The translations under genes were made by a program, and so were the position numbers. 32,000 nucleotides of DNA from Synechococcus sp. A15-24 (GTDB lineage Bacteria; Cyanobacteriota; Cyanobacteriia; PCC-6307; Cyanobiaceae). A model generated the notes under the pieces. The model was not told the origin of the DNA, did not search any database, and was given only the letters and a program-made list of their open reading frames with translations. Of this stretch, positions 1 through 10,038 are shown piece by piece; the stretch's first letter is position 1, and the number at the start of each line of letters is the position of its first letter. The stretch lies in assembly GCF_014280195.1 (NCBI RefSeq), contig NZ_CP047960.1, positions 1,980,001 to 2,012,000 on the forward strand. The letters are read 5' to 3'.

Positions 1-62
1 TGCAGCACCATCCGTACCTTCAGGCAGAAGGCGGAGTGGCGGAATTGATGGAGCTCCAGCAT
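1..62 (-). CDS. possible 5' end of a GST-like (thioredoxin-fold N-terminal domain) protein, running off the window
   Basis: A minus-strand ATG at 62 (alternative ATG at 77) opens a frame with no stop down to nt 1: [20 protein letters not shown]. This resembles the M-x-L-Y/H-Q-F-x-x-S-x-F-C-x-KVR start of GST/Grx2-like proteins. Only ~20 codons are visible. Confidence 0.3.
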   Translation of the reverse strand, partial: MLELHQFRHSAFCLKVRMVL

Positions 63-120
63 GGCCAATGGATCCATGGGCCCGGCAGAGTAGCCAGCAG
101 ATTCCACCAGTCGCCAGCAC

Positions 121-327
121 ATGCGGGAGTTCTTCCTCAACGTCACCCGCTACCCCCGCTATCTGGTGGCGTTCACCTTGGGCGTGATGAATTCCGTCGC
201 AGAGCCCCTGGCCCGGCGGCGCAGCAATCCCGTCACCGCCGTGGCCTTGATCGGTGCCCTGATCAGCGGTTTCATCAGCCTAAGCCTGGTGCTGCGTGCC
301 ATGGTGACCTCAGCACCGATGGCGTGA
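121..327 (+). CDS. small conserved cyanobacterial membrane protein (DUF751-like)
   Basis: 68 aa, [22 protein letters not shown]... with two hydrophobic segments. Its TGA stop overlaps the rbfA ATG (TGATG at 325-329). The family name is from memory. Confidence 0.7.
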   Translation: MREFFLNVTRYPRYLVAFTLGVMNSVAEPLARRRSNPVTAVALIGALISGFISLSLVLRAMVTSAPMA

Positions 328-731
328 TGGCACAGGGGCGTCGAGTCGAGCGGGTGGCGGCCCTGATCCGCAAGGAAACCAGTGAACTGCTGATCAATGG
401 CATCCGCGACGAACGGGTGCATCAGGGGATGGTCAGCATCACCAACGTGGAGGTCTCCGGTGATCTGCAGCACTGCAAGATCTTCGTGAGCATCTTTGGC
501 GATGAGGCCAGCCAACCGCAGGTGATGGAAGGGTTGCAGGCCGCCAGCGGCTATCTGAAGGGAGAACTCGGCCGGCGGCTGCAGATGCGTCGCGCACCGG
601 ATGTGGTGTTCCAGCTGGACCGCGGCATCGAGAGGGGCACCTCGGTGCTGGGTCTGCTCAACAAACTCGAGGACGAGCGCAAGGAGCGAGGGGAGATCCC
701 GGCGGGAAGCGATGAGCTGCCGGCCGAGTGA
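327..731 (+). CDS. rbfA: ribosome-binding factor A
   Basis: [22 protein letters not shown]...[23 protein letters not shown]...[14 protein letters not shown] is a typical RbfA. The ATG at 327 is used rather than the long ORF start at 36. Confidence 0.93.
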   Translation: MAQGRRVERVAALIRKETSELLINGIRDERVHQGMVSITNVEVSGDLQHCKIFVSIFGDEASQPQVMEGLQAASGYLKGELGRRLQMRRAPDVVFQLDRGIERGTSVLGLLNKLEDERKERGEIPAGSDELPAE

Positions 732-2313
732 TCCGCTGCAGCGGCAGGTGGCCGAGCTGCTGGTGGTGCGCGCCAGTGGCCACCTCGATGATCAACATCG
801 TCGGTATCCCCAGTGGGAGCTCAGCAATGACGAACTGCAACGGCTGCTGAACGCCGGAGTTGGCGGGGTGATCCTGCTGGGGGGCAGCGCTGTGGAACTG
901 CAGCAACGCACCCGGCAACTCCAAAGCTGGAGTGATCAGCAGCTGCTGCTTTGCGCTGATGTGGAGGAAGGCGTCGGTCAGCGGTTTGATGGTGCCAGCT
1001 GGCTGGTCCCCCCCCTGGCCCTGGGGCGGCTGCACCAGATCGACCCAGAACAAGCCATCGCCCTGGCGGAACGCTATGGCCACTGCACCGCAGACCAGGC
1101 CAGGCGCTGCGGCTTGAACTGGGTGCTCGGCCCGGTCTGCGACGTCAACAACAACCCGGCCAACCCGGTGATCAACGTGCGGGCCTGGGGTGAGGAACCC
1201 ACCACCGCCGGCGCCCTTGCCGCTGCCTTCCAACGGGGCCTGGCCCGTGGCGGTGTGTTGGGCTGCGCCAAGCACTTCCCGGGCCATGGCGACACCGCCA
1301 GCGATTCCCACCTGGACCTACCGGTGCTGCCCCACTCCCGTGAACGGTTGGAGCAGGTGGAATTCCCACCCTTCAGCGCAGCCATCGCCGCCGGCGTCGA
1401 CAGCGTGATGACCGCTCACCTGCTGCTGCCGCAGCTGGATCCCCAGCAGCCCGCCACTCTTTCAAGCGTCGTGTTGAGCGATCTGCTGCGGGGAGCGTTG
1501 GGCTTCAACGGCCTGGTGGTGACGGACGCCCTGGTGATGGAAGCCATCACAGCTCGCCATGGCCCAGCGGATGCTGCCGTGCTGGCCTTTGAGGCCGGCG
1601 CTGATCTGATCCTGATGCCCGCCGATGCCGATGCCGCCATCTCCGGCATCAGTCAGGCCATCGCCCAGGGACGCATCCCCATCCAACGGCTGCATGCCGC
1701 CCTCAGGCGGCGGCGCGAGGCGCTGGCCCGGGTGCAGCCGTCATCGCCTGGGCTCCCCTTACCCACCCCAGCGGAACGGGAGCTGGAACAGCAGTTGGTG
1801 ACCGCCAGCCTGGAACAGTCATTCACCGCGCCCATTCCCCCTGGCGAAGGCATCAACCTGATCCGGGTCGATGCCGCCTGGCCCTGCCCTGCTTTGAACG
1901 GTGCAGCCCCAGCCCTGCGTTTGCCGCAACAGCATGGATTCCGCAGCGTTGTGATTCACGGCCAGGGGGTCTCCCCCTGGCAGGACGACCCAGAGGCCCC
2001 CTTGGCGCTGGAGCGGTTGGGCGATGGCCCGGTGTTGCTGCAGCTGTTTCTGCGGGGGAATCCCTTCCGCGGTGAACGCGACCGGCAGGAACCCTGGCGC
2101 GCTGCGGTGCAACAGCTGCAACGGCTGGATCTTCTGGCCGGCCTGATCGTGTACGGCAGTCCATATCTCTGGGAGGAGTTGCGCTCTGTGTTGGCCCCCT
2201 CCATCGCGGCAGCCTTCAGCCCAGGGCAGATGCCAGAGGCCCAGTGCCAGCTACTCAGCAGCCTGCTGCAACAGCCATCAGACAGCCCCCAGAGCCGGGA
2301 CTTCACCGACTGA
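712..2313 (+). CDS. glycoside hydrolase family 3 protein (NagZ/beta-N-acetylhexosaminidase-like)
   Basis: GH3 N-terminal domain motifs are present ([43 protein letters not shown]). The ATG at 712 overlaps the rbfA end by 20 nt. Confidence 0.85.
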   Translation: MSCRPSDPLQRQVAELLVVRASGHLDDQHRRYPQWELSNDELQRLLNAGVGGVILLGGSAVELQQRTRQLQSWSDQQLLLCADVEEGVGQRFDGASWLVPPLALGRLHQIDPEQAIALAERYGHCTADQARRCGLNWVLGPVCDVNNNPANPVINVRAWGEEPTTAGALAAAFQRGLARGGVLGCAKHFPGHGDTASDSHLDLPVLPHSRERLEQVEFPPFSAAIAAGVDSVMTAHLLLPQLDPQQPATLSSVVLSDLLRGALGFNGLVVTDALVMEAITARHGPADAAVLAFEAGADLILMPADADAAISGISQAIAQGRIPIQRLHAALRRRREALARVQPSSPGLPLPTPAERELEQQLVTASLEQSFTAPIPPGEGINLIRVDAAWPCPALNGAAPALRLPQQHGFRSVVIHGQGVSPWQDDPEAPLALERLGDGPVLLQLFLRGNPFRGERDRQEPWRAAVQQLQRLDLLAGLIVYGSPYLWEELRSVLAPSIAAAFSPGQMPEAQCQLLSSLLQQPSDSPQSRDFTD

Positions 2314-2348
2314 GCGGCCTAACCTCCCGCCAATCCGAGCCGCCAGCG

Positions 2349-3551
2349 ATGCTCAGTTTCTCGATGATCGTGCGCAACGAGGAGGCGCGGCTGGCGGGCT
2401 GCCTGGCCTCCGTGCGGGAGTTTGCAGACGAGATGGTGGTGGTGGACACCGGATCCACCGACGCGACCATCGCTGTGGCAAAAGCGGCCGGCGCCCGGGT
2501 GGAACAGGTGGAGTGGCCAGGTGATTTCGCCCCCGCCCGCAACACCGCCCTTACCTTCCTCAACGGCGACTGGGTGCTGGTGCTGGATGCCGATGAACAG
2601 CTGCGACCGGAGGTCATCCCCAGCCTTAAGGCCCTGATGGCACAACCCGATGTGCTGGTGATCAACCTGCTGCGTTACGAGGTGGGAGCTGCCATGGCGC
2701 CCTACTCCAGCGTCAGCCGTCTGTTTCGCCGCCATCCCGCCATCCGCTGGAGCCGCCCATATCACTCGATGATCGACGACAGCGTTGGGGAGCTGCTGGC
2801 CCGCGAACCCCAATGGCGCATCGCCGACTGCAGCGAACCAGCCATCCTTCACGACGGCTACCGGCCGGAACTGCTCGCCGGTACCGATAAAGCAGAGAGG
2901 TTGCGCCAGGCCATGCAGAGCGAATTGGATCGCCATCCCGGGGATCCCTACGCCAGCGCCAAGTTCGGCGGCCTGATGATCAGTGAAGGGCAGCACGTCC
3001 AGGCGATCCCACTGCTGCGCCGCGGCCTGGATCAAGCCAGAGGCGACAGCACGGAACGCTACGAGTTGCTGCTGCACCTCGGTTTGGCCCTCAGCCCCAG
3101 CGATCCGATCGGTGCCGTGGCCTGTTACCGGCAGGCTTTGGACATTCCCCTCGATGCCCGCATCAGCCTTGGGGCACGCCTCAACCTGGCGGCCCGGTTG
3201 ATGGAGCAAGGCGAACTCGATGAAGCCATTGCCCTGACCCAGACCGCCACCCAACGGGCCCCGGAAGTGGCCCTGGGTTGGTACAACCTGGGTTTGATGC
3301 TGCGCCGTCGCGGCGACATCGCGGCGGCCCTTGAGGCCTACAGCCGCGCTGTGGAGCTCGACCCCAACAACGCCGCCTGCCATCAGAACCGTGCTGTTGC
3401 CCTGCTGCTGGGGGGCGACATCGAAGGCTCCCGCGCGGCCTTCCGCACCGCCATCACCCTGCTGGAGACCCAGGGGCGACCGGTCGACGCCCAGGCCTTA
3501 CGCACCAAGGCCCAGGGCATCGTCAAGCTGGACCTGGAGCCCATCGCTTGA
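2349..3551 (+). CDS. family 2 glycosyltransferase with C-terminal TPR repeats
   Basis: The N-terminus LSFSMIVRNEEARLAGCL...VVVDTGSTDAT...VLVLDADE is a GT2 signature. The C-terminal half has TPR-like repeats (WYNLGLMLRRRGDIAAALEAYSRAVELDPNNA). Confidence 0.85.
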   Translation: MLSFSMIVRNEEARLAGCLASVREFADEMVVVDTGSTDATIAVAKAAGARVEQVEWPGDFAPARNTALTFLNGDWVLVLDADEQLRPEVIPSLKALMAQPDVLVINLLRYEVGAAMAPYSSVSRLFRRHPAIRWSRPYHSMIDDSVGELLAREPQWRIADCSEPAILHDGYRPELLAGTDKAERLRQAMQSELDRHPGDPYASAKFGGLMISEGQHVQAIPLLRRGLDQARGDSTERYELLLHLGLALSPSDPIGAVACYRQALDIPLDARISLGARLNLAARLMEQGELDEAIALTQTATQRAPEVALGWYNLGLMLRRRGDIAAALEAYSRAVELDPNNAACHQNRAVALLLGGDIEGSRAAFRTAITLLETQGRPVDAQALRTKAQGIVKLDLEPIA

Positions 3552-4336
3552 GCCAGCCGCTGCAGAACCGCACGGTGGTGGTGACCCGCGCCGCCGACCA
3601 ACAGGGGGAAGCCAGACGACTGCTGGAAACCCAAGGCGCACAGGTGCTTGACCTCCCCGCCTTGGTAATTGGCCCCCCCGACGACTGGGGACCGCTGGAT
3701 GATGCCCTCTTGGAACTGGAGGACTTCCACTGGCTGGTTGTGTCGAGCGCCAACGGCGTGCAGGCGGTGGAGCAGCGGTTGCAACGCCTCGGCCGCAGCC
3801 TGCTGCGGCGTCCAACCAACCTGCGCATCGCCGCTGTGGGTCGCAAAACCGCTAGAGCCCTGGAAGATCTTGGCGCCACAGCCGATTTCGTACCGCCGAG
3901 CTTCGTGGCCGACAGCCTGATCGACCACTTTCCCGTCTCCGGCTATGGCCTGAGGATGCTTCTGCCACGGGTGCAGAGCGGCGGCAGAACCGTGCTGGCG
4001 GAAGCCTTCGGGGAAGCTGGGGTGAGGGTGGTGGAGGTGGCGGCCTACGAGTCCCGCTGTCCCGACGCCATGCCCGAGCGCACCGCCGAAGCCCTTGAGG
4101 CTGGAACGGTGGACGCCATCCTGTTCAGCAGCGGCAAGACGGCTGCCCACACGGCACAACTGCTGCTGCAACGCTTCGGTCCTGGCTGGACGCAACGCCT
4201 GGAGGCTCTGAAATTGGTGTCCATCGGCCCCCAGACCAGCCGCAGCTGCCGCCAGTGGTTCGGTCGCATCGATGCGGAAGCTGATCCCCACGACCTCGAG
4301 GGCCTGGTGAACGCCTGTTGCCAGCTGCTGGGCTGA
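3548..4336 (+). CDS. hemD: uroporphyrinogen-III synthase
   Basis: LQNRTVVVTRAADQQGE...HWLVVSSANGV...AAVGRKTA...ILFSSGKTA is a HemD pattern. The only upstream start is TTG at 3548, which overlaps the GT2 stop codon. Confidence 0.82.
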   Translation: MSQPLQNRTVVVTRAADQQGEARRLLETQGAQVLDLPALVIGPPDDWGPLDDALLELEDFHWLVVSSANGVQAVEQRLQRLGRSLLRRPTNLRIAAVGRKTARALEDLGATADFVPPSFVADSLIDHFPVSGYGLRMLLPRVQSGGRTVLAEAFGEAGVRVVEVAAYESRCPDAMPERTAEALEAGTVDAILFSSGKTAAHTAQLLLQRFGPGWTQRLEALKLVSIGPQTSRSCRQWFGRIDAEADPHDLEGLVNACCQLLG

Positions 4337-4342
4337 ACTGGT

Positions 4343-4921
4343 TCAGCTGAGGCAGATCTCCTCCCGCGGGTCTCCGTCCTGCGCCAACTGCAGGCAACCG
4401 CGTTGCACATCGATGCCCAGCACCGACCAGGTCTCCGGCAACATCGGCAGATCATCGGCCGCACAGCGCCCATCCGCACCGATGCAGAGCACGGCACTGC
4501 CAGAGGAGGACTGAACCAGAGCGCGGCGCTGCTGACCCACCAGCATCACGCCGGTCAACGTCAGACCGGAGGAGGGGTCAATGGCTCCATCGGCACCAGG
4601 TGCGGTGCCATCTCCGCGTAGCCCCGGCAACGGCTGAAACGGATCCGGGCGCCCGGCCGGTGCCGCCTCACGGACCTGCTGCACCGACGGCAGAGGGATG
4701 AGGCCGGGATCCGGAGCTGCGGTCACAACTGGAACCGTTGGCTCCACCTCTGGGGGTGGCGCCTGGGGCGGAGTGATCGTGGCGACAGGGGAGTTGTCGC
4801 TGCCACAGGCGGCAAGGGCCAGCAATCCCACTAGCAGACACGAATTCAGGGCTTGCTCAGCCCACCTTCTCCACCAGATCCCGGAAACGGTCAAGGTTAG
4901 CCTGCAGTTCCTTCGTGACAA
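4343..4921 (-). CDS. hypothetical lipoprotein (Pro-rich linker plus Cys-containing C-terminal domain)
   Basis: It has a lipobox LALAAC-GS after an RR-containing n-region. There is no ATG; candidate starts are TTG at 4921 or 4894, both overlapping the end of the SRPBCC gene. It is the last gene of the pds operon. Confidence 0.6.
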   Translation of the reverse strand: MSRRNCRLTLTVSGIWWRRWAEQALNSCLLVGLLALAACGSDNSPVATITPPQAPPPEVEPTVPVVTAAPDPGLIPLPSVQQVREAAPAGRPDPFQPLPGLRGDGTAPGADGAIDPSSGLTLTGVMLVGQQRRALVQSSSGSAVLCIGADGRCAADDLPMLPETWSVLGIDVQRGCLQLAQDGDPREEICLS

Positions 4922-5294
4922 TCCCCCCCAGGATGCTGGGCTCCATCAACGGTGCCAAGACCCTGGGCAATTCATAGCTGACGCTGAGCTTCACCACCGT
5001 GCGATCAGCCGACTCGGGATAAAAGCGCACAGCGCCTTTGGTGGGAAGCCCGCCGACGGACTCCCAGTGCAGTTGCTGGGCCTCCACCCGTTGGGTGATC
5101 CGCGCTTTCCAGTGGAACCGAAAGCCCTGGGCCGCCAGGGTCCAGTCGGTGAGATCAGGATCATCGAGGGTTTTCACCGATTCGATCCAGCGCATCCACT
5201 TGGGCATGGCCTCCAGATCGCTCCAAACCGCCCAGACGTCCTCGGCCGGCGCCTGAACCTCAGTGGTGACGGAGTGGTCAAGCCAGCGTCCCAT
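4857..5294 (-). CDS. SRPBCC (cyclase/dehydrase-like) family protein
   Basis: [40 protein letters not shown]... is a START/Bet v1-like signature. The ATG at 5294 overlaps the pds stop (TGATG). Confidence 0.85.
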   Translation of the reverse strand: MGRWLDHSVTTEVQAPAEDVWAVWSDLEAMPKWMRWIESVKTLDDPDLTDWTLAAQGFRFHWKARITQRVEAQQLHWESVGGLPTKGAVRFYPESADRTVVKLSVSYELPRVLAPLMEPSILGGIVTKELQANLDRFRDLVEKVG

Positions 5295-6760
5295 CAAGCC
5301 ACTGCTGTGTTCGTGGCGAGCCTAACGGGCTGATCCAGGATGGCGGCCGCCGCCAGATGACCACTCATCGTGGCCCCTTCCATCGAATCGATGTAGTCCT
5401 GGCGGGTGTAACTGCCGGCCAGGAAGAAGTTCTGGATCGGCGTGCGTTGATCCGGCCTGTAAGGCTCCATGCCGGGAGCCTCGCGGTACAGCGATTGGGC
5501 CAGCTTCACCACGTTGCTCCAGGTGAGTTTGAGATCCCGGGCTGAGGGGAACAAGGCACGCACCTGGCGATCGGTGTGGGCCACGATGTCTTCCACGGAT
5601 TTGGGAATCCAGGGATCACCAGGCGTCAGCACGCACTGCAGCAAGGAACCCTCTCCCTCCTTGCGGTAGTCCTCCGGGCTGGCCAGGGCCAGATCCGCAA
5701 AACAGCTGAAATCGGCATCGGCGGTGTACAGCAGGTTGTTCAGCCCCGTGGGCGTTGCCACATCCCGGCGCTGCGCGTCCTGGGACTCACCCAGCTCCGT
5801 CACCCAGCCGTCGTACCGCAGCTGCACCGTGGCTACAGGAACCGCTTCCAGTTGATGGATGGCATCGAACTGGGGGAAACGGCGCCAGTCCTCCGGCAAC
5901 AACTTCTGGATCCCGGGCACATCACAGGCGGCAAGATAGGCATCCGCTTCAACGCGGATGTCCCCTTCCGGCGTGCCCAGCTGCAGGCCCGTCACTTCGG
6001 GGGACTCGCCATCGCTGAACTCCACCTGCTTCACCCGGTGGCGCAGGTGCAAGGTGCCGCCGCGTTCCTGGATGTACTCCAGGATCGGCCCGGTGAGCCA
6101 ACGATGGGGCGATCCCTTTAGCAGATTGAGTTTCGAGGCCTCGGTCTTGGCCGCAAACATCATGAAGATGGTGAGCATGCAGCGGGCCGAAATCGCCTCG
6201 CAATCGATGAATCCCAGCGCGTAGGCGATGGGATTCCACATGCGGCGAATGCTTTCCGGGCTGCCGCCATGGCCCACGAACCAATCCTGGAAACTGACGG
6301 AGTCCAGGGCGCGGATGGTGCGCATCGCCCCTTCGTAATCCACCAGACCCCGCACGATCGGACTAGTGCCTAGGGCCAGGGCATTGCGCAACTTGTCGAT
6401 CCAGCTCAGCTGCGGCGTGGTGAAGAACGCCTTGAGGCCATTGAACGGAGCTCCGATCGGGAAGCGGAAATCCAGTTCCCGCAGATCACCGCCCTCATTC
6501 ACAAACAGATGGGTGTGCTGCTTGGGCAGCAAATTCTCAAATGCACCCACTTTCCGCATCAGCGCGAAGAGATTGGCGTAGTTAAAGAAGAACACATGCA
6601 ACCCCATTTCGATGTGGTTGCCGCCGTCATCCACCCAGCTGCCCACCTTGCCGCCCATGAATGGACGGGCCTCGTAGAGGTTCACCTCATGACCGGCATC
6701 CACCAGATCCACCGCAGCGGAGAGGCCCGCGAGACCGGAACCGACAATCGCGACCCGCAC
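5294..6760 (-). CDS. pds: 15-cis-phytoene desaturase
   Basis: The translation has an FAD fold, [41 protein letters not shown], followed by plant/cyanobacterial-type PDS sequence ([29 protein letters not shown]). The start is GTG at 6760. Confidence 0.96.
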   Translation of the reverse strand: MRVAIVGSGLAGLSAAVDLVDAGHEVNLYEARPFMGGKVGSWVDDGGNHIEMGLHVFFFNYANLFALMRKVGAFENLLPKQHTHLFVNEGGDLRELDFRFPIGAPFNGLKAFFTTPQLSWIDKLRNALALGTSPIVRGLVDYEGAMRTIRALDSVSFQDWFVGHGGSPESIRRMWNPIAYALGFIDCEAISARCMLTIFMMFAAKTEASKLNLLKGSPHRWLTGPILEYIQERGGTLHLRHRVKQVEFSDGESPEVTGLQLGTPEGDIRVEADAYLAACDVPGIQKLLPEDWRRFPQFDAIHQLEAVPVATVQLRYDGWVTELGESQDAQRRDVATPTGLNNLLYTADADFSCFADLALASPEDYRKEGEGSLLQCVLTPGDPWIPKSVEDIVAHTDRQVRALFPSARDLKLTWSNVVKLAQSLYREAPGMEPYRPDQRTPIQNFFLAGSYTRQDYIDSMEGATMSGHLAAAAILDQPVRLATNTAVA

Positions 6761-6832
6761 CTTTTGGTGTGCAACTGATGGCGACTCTATGTATCAGGCT
6801 CCATAAAGTGAGGGCACGAGCCTGCGTCACCG

Positions 6833-7225
6833 ATGACCTCAACCACCAGCCCAGCGCCGGCCCACACCGCCAAGGACGGCAAGGGCATCCTGATCACGGA
6901 GCCGGCGATGCAGCAGCTGGCGAAGCTCTGCAGTGAACAGGGTGATCAGCAGGTGTTGCGGGTGGGTGTGCGCTCAGGAGGCTGCAGCGGCATGAGCTAC
7001 ACCATGGATTTCGTGCCGGCCTCCGACACCCTCGAGGACGACGAGACCTACGATTACGTCGCCGCCAACGGCCAGGGCTTCCGCGTGATCTGCGACCCCA
7101 AGAGCCTGCTGTACATCTACGGCATGCAGCTGGACTTCAGCACCGCCCTGATCGGTGGTGGGTTCAACTTCACCAACCCGAACGCCAGCCAGACCTGCGG
7201 TTGCGGCAGCTCCTTCGCGGTCTGA
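6833..7225 (+). CDS. HesB/IscA-family iron-sulfur cluster insertion protein
   Basis: VGVRSGGCSGMSYTMDF plus C-terminal FNFTNPNASQTCGCGSSF gives the three conserved Cys. Confidence 0.9.
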   Translation: MTSTTSPAPAHTAKDGKGILITEPAMQQLAKLCSEQGDQQVLRVGVRSGGCSGMSYTMDFVPASDTLEDDETYDYVAANGQGFRVICDPKSLLYIYGMQLDFSTALIGGGFNFTNPNASQTCGCGSSFAV

Positions 7226-7274
7226 CCCCAAAGCGCCGCGTGGGAATCTGAAGAGGTGTTCAGCACGCCTACCC

Positions 7275-7694
7275 ATGGAGTCTAGCCAGGAGAACCTGTT
7301 CGACCAGGCCATGGCCCGCTACCAGGCCGGAGCCAGCGCCGCCGAGATCCTGCCCGACTTCCTCAAGATCACTGAAATCGCCCCCCGCCAGGCGGCGGGC
7401 TGGACCTGCCTGGCTTGGTTGCAGCTGCTCTGCGACCAACCCGATGAAGCCCTGCGGTCAGCCCGTTTCGCCGTGAAGCTCAGTCCCCAGGATCCCCAGG
7501 CCCGCATCAACCTCAGCCTGGCGCTGCTGGAGACGGATTCCAAGGGTGTGCGCGATCAGATCCAGATGGTGCAGCAGGTGCTGACCATGGCCCCCCAGAT
7601 TTCCGATGACCTCACAGGGGCCCTGGACGATGGCCTGGTGAGGCGCCCGGGCTGGAAAGCGCTCGAAAAAGTGAAGTCCTGGCTGAACCTCTGA
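7275..7694 (+). CDS. TPR-repeat protein
   Basis: The ATG at 7275 starts MESSQENLFDQAMARYQAG. TPR-like helices are present (AGWTCLAWLQLLCDQPDEALRSARFAVKLSPQDPQA). Confidence 0.7.
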   Translation: MESSQENLFDQAMARYQAGASAAEILPDFLKITEIAPRQAAGWTCLAWLQLLCDQPDEALRSARFAVKLSPQDPQARINLSLALLETDSKGVRDQIQMVQQVLTMAPQISDDLTGALDDGLVRRPGWKALEKVKSWLNL

Positions 7695-7722
7695 ATCCAT
7701 CACACAGCAGCAATTACGATCC

Positions 7723-8892
7723 ATGGGACAGATCCTGCTGCTCAGCAATGGTCACGGTGAGGACGTCTCCGGCGCCCTGATCGGCCAGGCCCTGCAATCC
7801 ATGGGCCACAGCGTGCAGGCCTTGCCACTGGCGGGGCTGGGCAGTCCCTACCAACAGGCTGGGATAGCCCTGCTTGGACGCAGCCATGAATTCAGCACCG
7901 GAGGCATCGGCTACACCAGCCTGCGCGGCCGGCTGACGGAACTGGTTCAAGGGCAGATCCTCTACCTGTTGCGGCGCATGCTGCGTCTACTGCGCAACGG
8001 TCATCGCTTTGACCTGATTGTGGTGGTGGGGGATGTGATCCCGGTGATCGCCGCCTGGCTGACCCGCAGGCCCGTGGCCACCTATCTCGTGGCTTACTCA
8101 AGCCACTACGAGGGACGGCTGCGCTTGCCATGGCCCTGCGGCGAACTGCTCGCCACCCGTCGTTTCAAGGCGGTGTTCAGCCGGGATCAGCTCACAGCGG
8201 ACGACCTCACAGACCAGCTGCAACGCCCGGTGAGATTCATTGGCAACCCGTTCATGGACCCGGTGCTGACGCCGGCTGATGCGTTGCCAACCGCCCGTCG
8301 CCGCATCGGACTGCTGCCCGGCAGTCGCCGGCCGGAACTGGAGGAGAACCTTCTGCTGCTGTTGCAACTGATCGAGCAGCTCCCCCGCGATGCGGATCTG
8401 AGCCTGGATCTGGCCCTTGTGTCCAGCCTGGAGGATGCGGCACTGCAGACCCTGGCCGGCCGCGTTGGCTGGCATCTAGAGCGGGGGGTCCTCAGCCGAG
8501 AGGGAACGCTGCCGATCTCCGTGCAGCGAGGGGCTTTTCAAGCCGTGCTTCAGCACAGCGATCTGATCATCGGCATGGCTGGCACTGCGATCGAACAGGC
8601 CGTGGGTCTCGCCAAACCAGCCCTGCAACTCCCTGGCCAGGGTCCCCAGTTCACCGCCCGCTTCGCGGAAGCCCAGCGCCGCTTGCTGGGGCCGACCGTC
8701 TTCTGTGCCCCCGGCAACGCCGGTTCCCGTAACAACATCAAAGCCACGGCTGCTCTGGCGCTGGACTTGCTGGAACGCTCCGGCAGTGATCACGAGCTGC
8801 AGAAGCAGTGCCGACGCGAGGCAAGCCGTCGCCTCGGAACCACGGGAGGTGGCACAAGAATGGCCGCAGCCATCAGCGACCTCCTGCCATGA
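7723..8892 (+). CDS. lipid-A-disaccharide synthase-related protein (LpxB-like GT-B fold)
   Basis: MGQILLLSNGHGEDVSGALIGQAL..., LLPGSR and IGMAGTAIEQAVGLAKP match the cyanobacterial LpxB-related family as I remember it. Confidence 0.72.
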   Translation: MGQILLLSNGHGEDVSGALIGQALQSMGHSVQALPLAGLGSPYQQAGIALLGRSHEFSTGGIGYTSLRGRLTELVQGQILYLLRRMLRLLRNGHRFDLIVVVGDVIPVIAAWLTRRPVATYLVAYSSHYEGRLRLPWPCGELLATRRFKAVFSRDQLTADDLTDQLQRPVRFIGNPFMDPVLTPADALPTARRRIGLLPGSRRPELEENLLLLLQLIEQLPRDADLSLDLALVSSLEDAALQTLAGRVGWHLERGVLSREGTLPISVQRGAFQAVLQHSDLIIGMAGTAIEQAVGLAKPALQLPGQGPQFTARFAEAQRRLLGPTVFCAPGNAGSRNNIKATAALALDLLERSGSDHELQKQCRREASRRLGTTGGGTRMAAAISDLLP

Positions 8893-9161
8893 GTGCGTTC
8901 TCGGAACCGACCTGGAAACGCTGGCTGGATCGGCTGCTGATGCTCAACGTGCTCGTGGTGATCCTCGGCGCCGGCTTCTTCGGGGTGGCCGTCGCGGCCC
9001 AGACCCAGGGCCGCAGCGCACCGATGGATCTGTTTCAAGCCCTCTGGCAGCCGCTGTTCACCCCAGCCATCAGCCTGCTGATCATGGCGGCCCTGCTCAG
9101 TGGAATTCTCAGCTGGTGGCAGCGGCGAGTGCTGAAGACAGGTCGGGATAGCGGAAGCTGA
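8889..9161 (+). CDS. small two-TM membrane protein
   Basis: The ATG at 8889 overlaps the upstream stop (ATGA). MSAFSEPTWKRWLDRLLMLNVLVVILGAGFFGVAVAA... contains two hydrophobic helices. The 3' end overlaps the convergent gene by 53 nt. Confidence 0.55.
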   Translation: MSAFSEPTWKRWLDRLLMLNVLVVILGAGFFGVAVAAQTQGRSAPMDLFQALWQPLFTPAISLLIMAALLSGILSWWQRRVLKTGRDSGS

Positions 9162-10038
9162 ACCCGAGGCTGTCCAGCCGCTCCGATTGCACCTGCTGAC
9201 CTTCCAGCACCACCTTGGCGCCATCCCCCAGCAGCACCTGCAGCACCGGACCGGGCACAGGCAACAGGCTGGGACGCCCCAAGCTGCGGCCCAGCTCCCG
9301 CGCGAACTCATTCATCGACACAGGCTGAGGGGCGACACCATTCACCACACCAGTCCAGGCCGAATCCTCCAGACCGCGCTGAATCAGGGCGCAGAGATCA
9401 TTGCGATGGATCCAGCTCATCCACTGCTGCCCCGAACCGATGGGTCCGCCAAAGCCGGCACGGAACACCGGCAGCATCTTGCCCAGTGCACCACCACCGG
9501 CGGCAATCACGATGCCGATCCGCACGGTCACTAGGCGGGTGCCGGTTGGAACCGCTGCTGCCGCGGCTTCCCAGCGTTCACACAACGAGGCCAGGAAATC
9601 GGAACCGGCAGCACTGGACTCCTGGAAACAGGCCTCGCGACTGGTGCCGTAAAACCCGATAGCGGAGGCATTCACCAGCACCTGAGGTGGCGTCTTCAGA
9701 ACCGCAATCGCCTCCACCAACAGGCGCGTGGTCTCCAGTCGACTGTTCTCGAGAACCTTCAGATGGGCAGGGGTCCAACGCTGCTCGGCGATCGGCTCAC
9801 CGGCAAGGTTCACCACACCATCCGCCTCACTGAGGGCGCCTTGAAGGGAACTGTCATGCCAGCTGGCGGCCTGTGCCGGGTCAAGCTGCAGCCAAGTCAA
9901 GCGACCATCGCTGCGTTCAGCGTCGTATCCCCGGGGCAAGCGACGGCTGACCAGGGTGAGCTGATGGCTGGACTGGATCAACTGGGGAACCAGCTCCTTG
10001 CCGACAAATCCAGTGCATCCCAGCAGCAGCAATCGCAT
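9109..10038 (-). CDS. TIGR01777-type NAD-dependent epimerase/dehydratase family protein (YfcH-like, DUF1731 C-terminus)
   Basis: MRLLLLGCTGFVGKELVPQL is a Rossmann motif. The C-terminus ...QQVQSERLDSLGFSFRYPDL is typical of this family. Confidence 0.85.
   Translation of the reverse strand: MRLLLLGCTGFVGKELVPQLIQSSHQLTLVSRRLPRGYDAERSDGRLTWLQLDPAQAASWHDSSLQGALSEADGVVNLAGEPIAEQRWTPAHLKVLENSRLETTRLLVEAIAVLKTPPQVLVNASAIGFYGTSREACFQESSAAGSDFLASLCERWEAAAAAVPTGTRLVTVRIGIVIAAGGGALGKMLPVFRAGFGGPIGSGQQWMSWIHRNDLCALIQRGLEDSAWTGVVNGVAPQPVSMNEFARELGRSLGRPSLLPVPGPVLQVLLGDGAKVVLEGQQVQSERLDSLGFSFRYPDLSSALAAATS

Noticed and set aside
36-326. Long N-terminal extension of the rbfA ORF (231-aa ORF starting at 36).
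   Set aside because: RbfA similarity begins at MAQGRR (ATG at 327). The extension is Pro/Arg/His-rich, typical of off-frame high-GC sequence. It overlaps the well-formed DUF751 ORF in another frame.
2319-4291. Large minus-strand ORFs 2319..3383 (354 aa) and 3383..4291 (302 aa), opposite the GT2-TPR and hemD genes.
   Set aside because: They are shadow ORFs of high-GC genes. Their Gly/Ala/Arg/Pro-rich translations have no recognisable motifs, while the plus-strand frames carry clear GT2, TPR and HemD signatures.
4332-4347. Palindrome GCTGAAC-tg-GTTCAGC spanning both convergent stop codons of hemD and the lipoprotein gene, as a possible bidirectional terminator.
   Set aside because: The stem is short, the loop is effectively too small, and there are no U-tracts on either side. 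It may form weakly, but this is insufficient to call a terminator.
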